Positions 60,330-64,000 of a stretch of 64,000 nucleotides of DNA are shown one piece after another; position 1 is the first letter of the stretch; every line of letters starts with the position of its first letter. The translations under genes were made by a program, and so were the position numbers. The notes under the pieces are model-generated. The model was not told the DNA's origin and ran no database searches. It was given only the letters and a program-made list of their open reading frames with translations. This stretch comes from Eledone cirrhosa (taxonomy: Eukaryota), in NCBI GenBank assembly GCA_964016885.1, contig CAXHJY010000403.1, positions 1 to 64,000 of the forward strand. Reading direction: 5' to 3'.

Positions 60330-60441
60330 CTCGGAATAAATTACCTTTTTATGATGCCTACCTGTTATTATTCATTCTTTATATATATCTATATACCCAT
60401 CTGCATTATTGAGGCTTCCAAAACGACTACTTTATATATAT

Positions 60442-60518
<77 letters not shown>

Positions 60519-60983
60519 ACACCCCTGTATAGCTATATGGATGTGTGGCCGCACGTCTACATATATGTATGCATGTATGTGCGTATACATACTTAGATAT
60601 GTGAGTGTGTGAAATATTATCGATGTTAAACGGAAACAAATTATATTCTTTATATATATAATTTTCATAATTACATAAAGAAAAGTAGAATTTCTTGTTA
60701 ATATTTTAGTTGAATTGCTTAACGTTCTTTTTGAAATTTGATTGTAAGCTAGGTTAATTAACCAAGGAGAAATAATTATAATTATTAGTAGGGAGATTTC
60801 ACTCTCTTGTACGCGATGAACTTTAAAAGTTTTTTTCTTTCCTATTCCAAGCACTTGTATGTATGCGTCTATGCGCGCGTGTGTGTGTGTGTGTGTATGT
60901 GTGTGTGTGTGTGTGTGTGTACGCGTGTAGACTTTTAATAGGACAGACTGTAAAGTATAATACTCGAACTACTATTCAATTAC

Positions 60984-61170
60984 ATATATCAATGGAGGTA
61001 CTATTATATATAGTAATGGAACTTCTATTAGATATAGTAAAGGAAGTACTTATATAGTAAAGGAGGGTTTAATTAGATATAGTAATGGAGGTTCTATTAG
61101 ATATAGTAAAGGAGGGTTCTATTATATATAGTAAAGGAGGGTTCTATTGGATAGATGTAATGGTGGATCT
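60984..61170. repeat. Degenerate ~24-bp minisatellite (TAGTAAWGGAGGTTCTATTAGATA), ~8 units
   Basis: Seen directly. Confidence 0.8.
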
Positions 61171-61798
61171 AAGAAGCTGAATATACCCTTGTAATCTTCT
61201 TAAGAACTAATGTTTTTGAGCAGTCCCAAACAGACATCCTGTGGATCACTGGTGCAGGAGAAGAAATGGCAGGAAACTGTGTTGTTCATACCTTTTCTAG
61301 AGAGACGAAAGAGCGAATCATTATCTTCCCATGGGGTCGTAGGAGGTATCGCCCTGACACACGGTTAAACATGGACATTTTTTATATCTGACGGAGGAAC
61401 CATCCCATTTTGGGTGTGATAGAGAGGGAGGTAGTGTGTGGGTGACTGTTACAAAGGAAGAACCATCACCTGCATTGGACTGGTACTCAAGTTAACGACC
61501 TTGTATGGGTGAAAGGCAAAGTTGACACCGGAGGAAGAATCAACTACAGTATTTAATTGGTACTCTATTTATCGACCTCCAAAATAATGAAAGTCAAGAT
61601 TTGAGGTGAGAGTGTTGCGAGCTGGAAAAATACTGAAGCATGCTTAATTGGACACTAAAAAATTGTGTAGACTGATTACTGTCCTTTAAGAAGCAGCCAG
61701 TGTTTAAAAGACTTATATACATTGAAGTTGTGCCACAGCAACAGTTTCAAAAACTGTTCTCTGCGCGCGCACTCACAAACATTCCATTATATATATAT

Positions 61799-62147
61799 AT
61801 AGTGTTGTTCCCCGATATTCGCGGGGTTACGTTCCCAGAGCAGGTGATTAGCGAAAAACAGCGAATATTGGAGGTGGTCCATAAAAATGCCTATAAACGT
61901 CAAAATATAATAAAAAAAAGAAGGAGCGTATATGCGAAAGGGCGTGCAATAGACCGGCAAATACGGTATATTGTTATTAATAATTGAGCGTTAAAAATAT
62001 ATATATATTGCCACGAAAAAAGCCATTAAAAAATCACAGAAGATATTTACGATTCCTCGATATGTGGTGGTTTTCACGATCATTTGTTAGTTAGGTTCTA
62101 AGTAAAAGTCAGCGAATAACCGGGACCGCCAATGCCGGTTACTACAT

Positions 62148-62151
<4 letters not shown>
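61799..62151. mobile_element. Degenerate pogo/Tigger-like MITE
   Basis: TA-flanked ends (TAGTG..CGATATTCGCGGGGTTACGTTCC ... ACCGC.AAT..CATTGTA) with internal GCGAATA motifs. Confidence 0.4.
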
Positions 62152-62180
<29 letters not shown>

Positions 62181-62706
62181 AATGGGGAGAGGAAGCACAC
62201 GAGTTAGGATATATATATATGAAAACAGGGAGAAAGAGACGATTATTAGGAAGAAAAATATAGCACCCTTGCTATATTAACACATTTTGATCTGCTTAAC
62301 TTCAAGGACTATGCCTGTAAATAACATTATTTTTTCTTTCACATTGACTTTTTATGCTCTACATTATGCCCCTTTTATTCTTTTCACTTCATAAACCTTG
62401 TTTGTAAATAACATTATTCTTTCTGCACCATTTCTTTAACATGTGCAACACCACCATTCTACACCAATACATATCACTATCATTTGATAATGCATAAAAA
62501 TGCTGAAACCGACAATAGACAATTATTAAATATATAAATAGATAAATAAATCAACTAATACCTTAACACTTGACACAAAGTAAAACATTTCGTTTTAATC
62601 ATGTTCTAACCCAGAAAAAGAGGGAGGGAGAGAGAGAGAGAGAGAGAGATAAAAAAGGAAAAAAAAAAAAAGTTTTTCTTTCTAATAATCGTCTCTTTCT
62701 CCCCGT

Positions 62707-62779
<73 letters not shown>

Positions 62780-63167
62780 ATATCTTGAAAAGGTAACACA
62801 CCAGAGAGAGATAGATATAAAGTGCGCTTCAATTTATCGTGATATATATATATACACACACACAGAGCAGGAAAAAGACTTGTTTTTTTGTGACTAGTGT
62901 AACACAATCATGTCAGCGTAGAATCTACAAATACACACTCAGACACACATATATATAGGGTGTATATAAAATGAACGCTATGTTTTTAAAGAATGCATAT
63001 AAAATGTATTGAAACCATAAAGTTGCCGTCCCTACAAATTTTAGCTGCCTACGTTTGAGTTGGATTTGTCTACATGATAAGTCTTAAAACTTAATCTTGC
63101 ATATCGAAGATTTTCTCTTTTTGAAGAGCGGTAGCAGCAGCCATCTTGTCAGAGACGCCACTCTCAT

Positions 63168-63626
63168 TTATACACACACATATATATATACATATATATA
63201 TATACATTAAATATAGATATATACATATATATATACATATATACATATATACATATATACATTAAATATAGATATACATATATATATATATACATTAAAT
63301 ATAGATATACATATATATATATATACATTAAATATAGATATATACATATATATATACATATATACATATATACATATATACATTAAATATAGATATACAT
63401 ATATATATATATACATTAAATATAGATATACATATATATATATATACATTAAATATAGATATATACATATATATATATATATACATACACATATATATAT
63501 ACATACACACATATATATATATACATACATACACATATATATATATATATACATACATACACATATATATATACATACACATATATAGATATATACATGT
63601 ATATATATATACATATATATATATAC

Positions 63627-63659
<33 letters not shown>

Positions 63660-63684
63660 CATATATACATGTATATATATATAC

Positions 63685-63733
<49 letters not shown>

Positions 63734-63750
63734 CATATATATATATATAC

Positions 63751-63797
<47 letters not shown>

Positions 63798-63854
63798 CAT
63801 ATATATATATACATATATATATATACATATATATATATACATATATATATATAC

Positions 63855-63939
<85 letters not shown>

Positions 63940-63966
63940 TACACATTATATATATATATATACATA

Positions 63967-63997
<31 letters not shown>

Positions 63998-64000
63998 ACA
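63168..64000. repeat. TA/TACA array with a ~34-bp higher-order unit (TACATTAAATATAGATATACA..)
   Basis: Seen directly. Confidence 0.95.

Overview
AT-rich eukaryotic DNA, most likely a cephalopod (Octopus-like), judged from the tRNA-derived SINE families and the kb-long TA/TACA arrays. No multi-exon host gene is visible. The many Y/I-rich ORFs are translations of microsatellite. Recognisable coding remnants are two Neptune-type Penelope-like elements (one with ~580 open codons of RT + Zn-linker + GIY-YIG) and CR1, RTE, R4/Dong-like, Ingi/Vingi-like and Tx1-like LINE fragments. The main unexplained structure is a dense set of type I hammerhead ribozyme (HHR) motifs, read by eye: about 13 intact or near-intact (counting inverted copies) plus about a dozen degenerate or half motifs. 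They lie in short non-coding cassettes that abut (TA)n arrays and often carry an inverted fold-back copy. Several HHRs have unusually long or branched stem II inserts. Also notable: a strong minus-strand CAG|GTAAGT candidate recursive splice site with a 40-nt exon, a 610-bp inverted pair of RTE-derived elements, and a 23 x 30 bp minisatellite. All calls are from manual reading; no database search or folding software was run.
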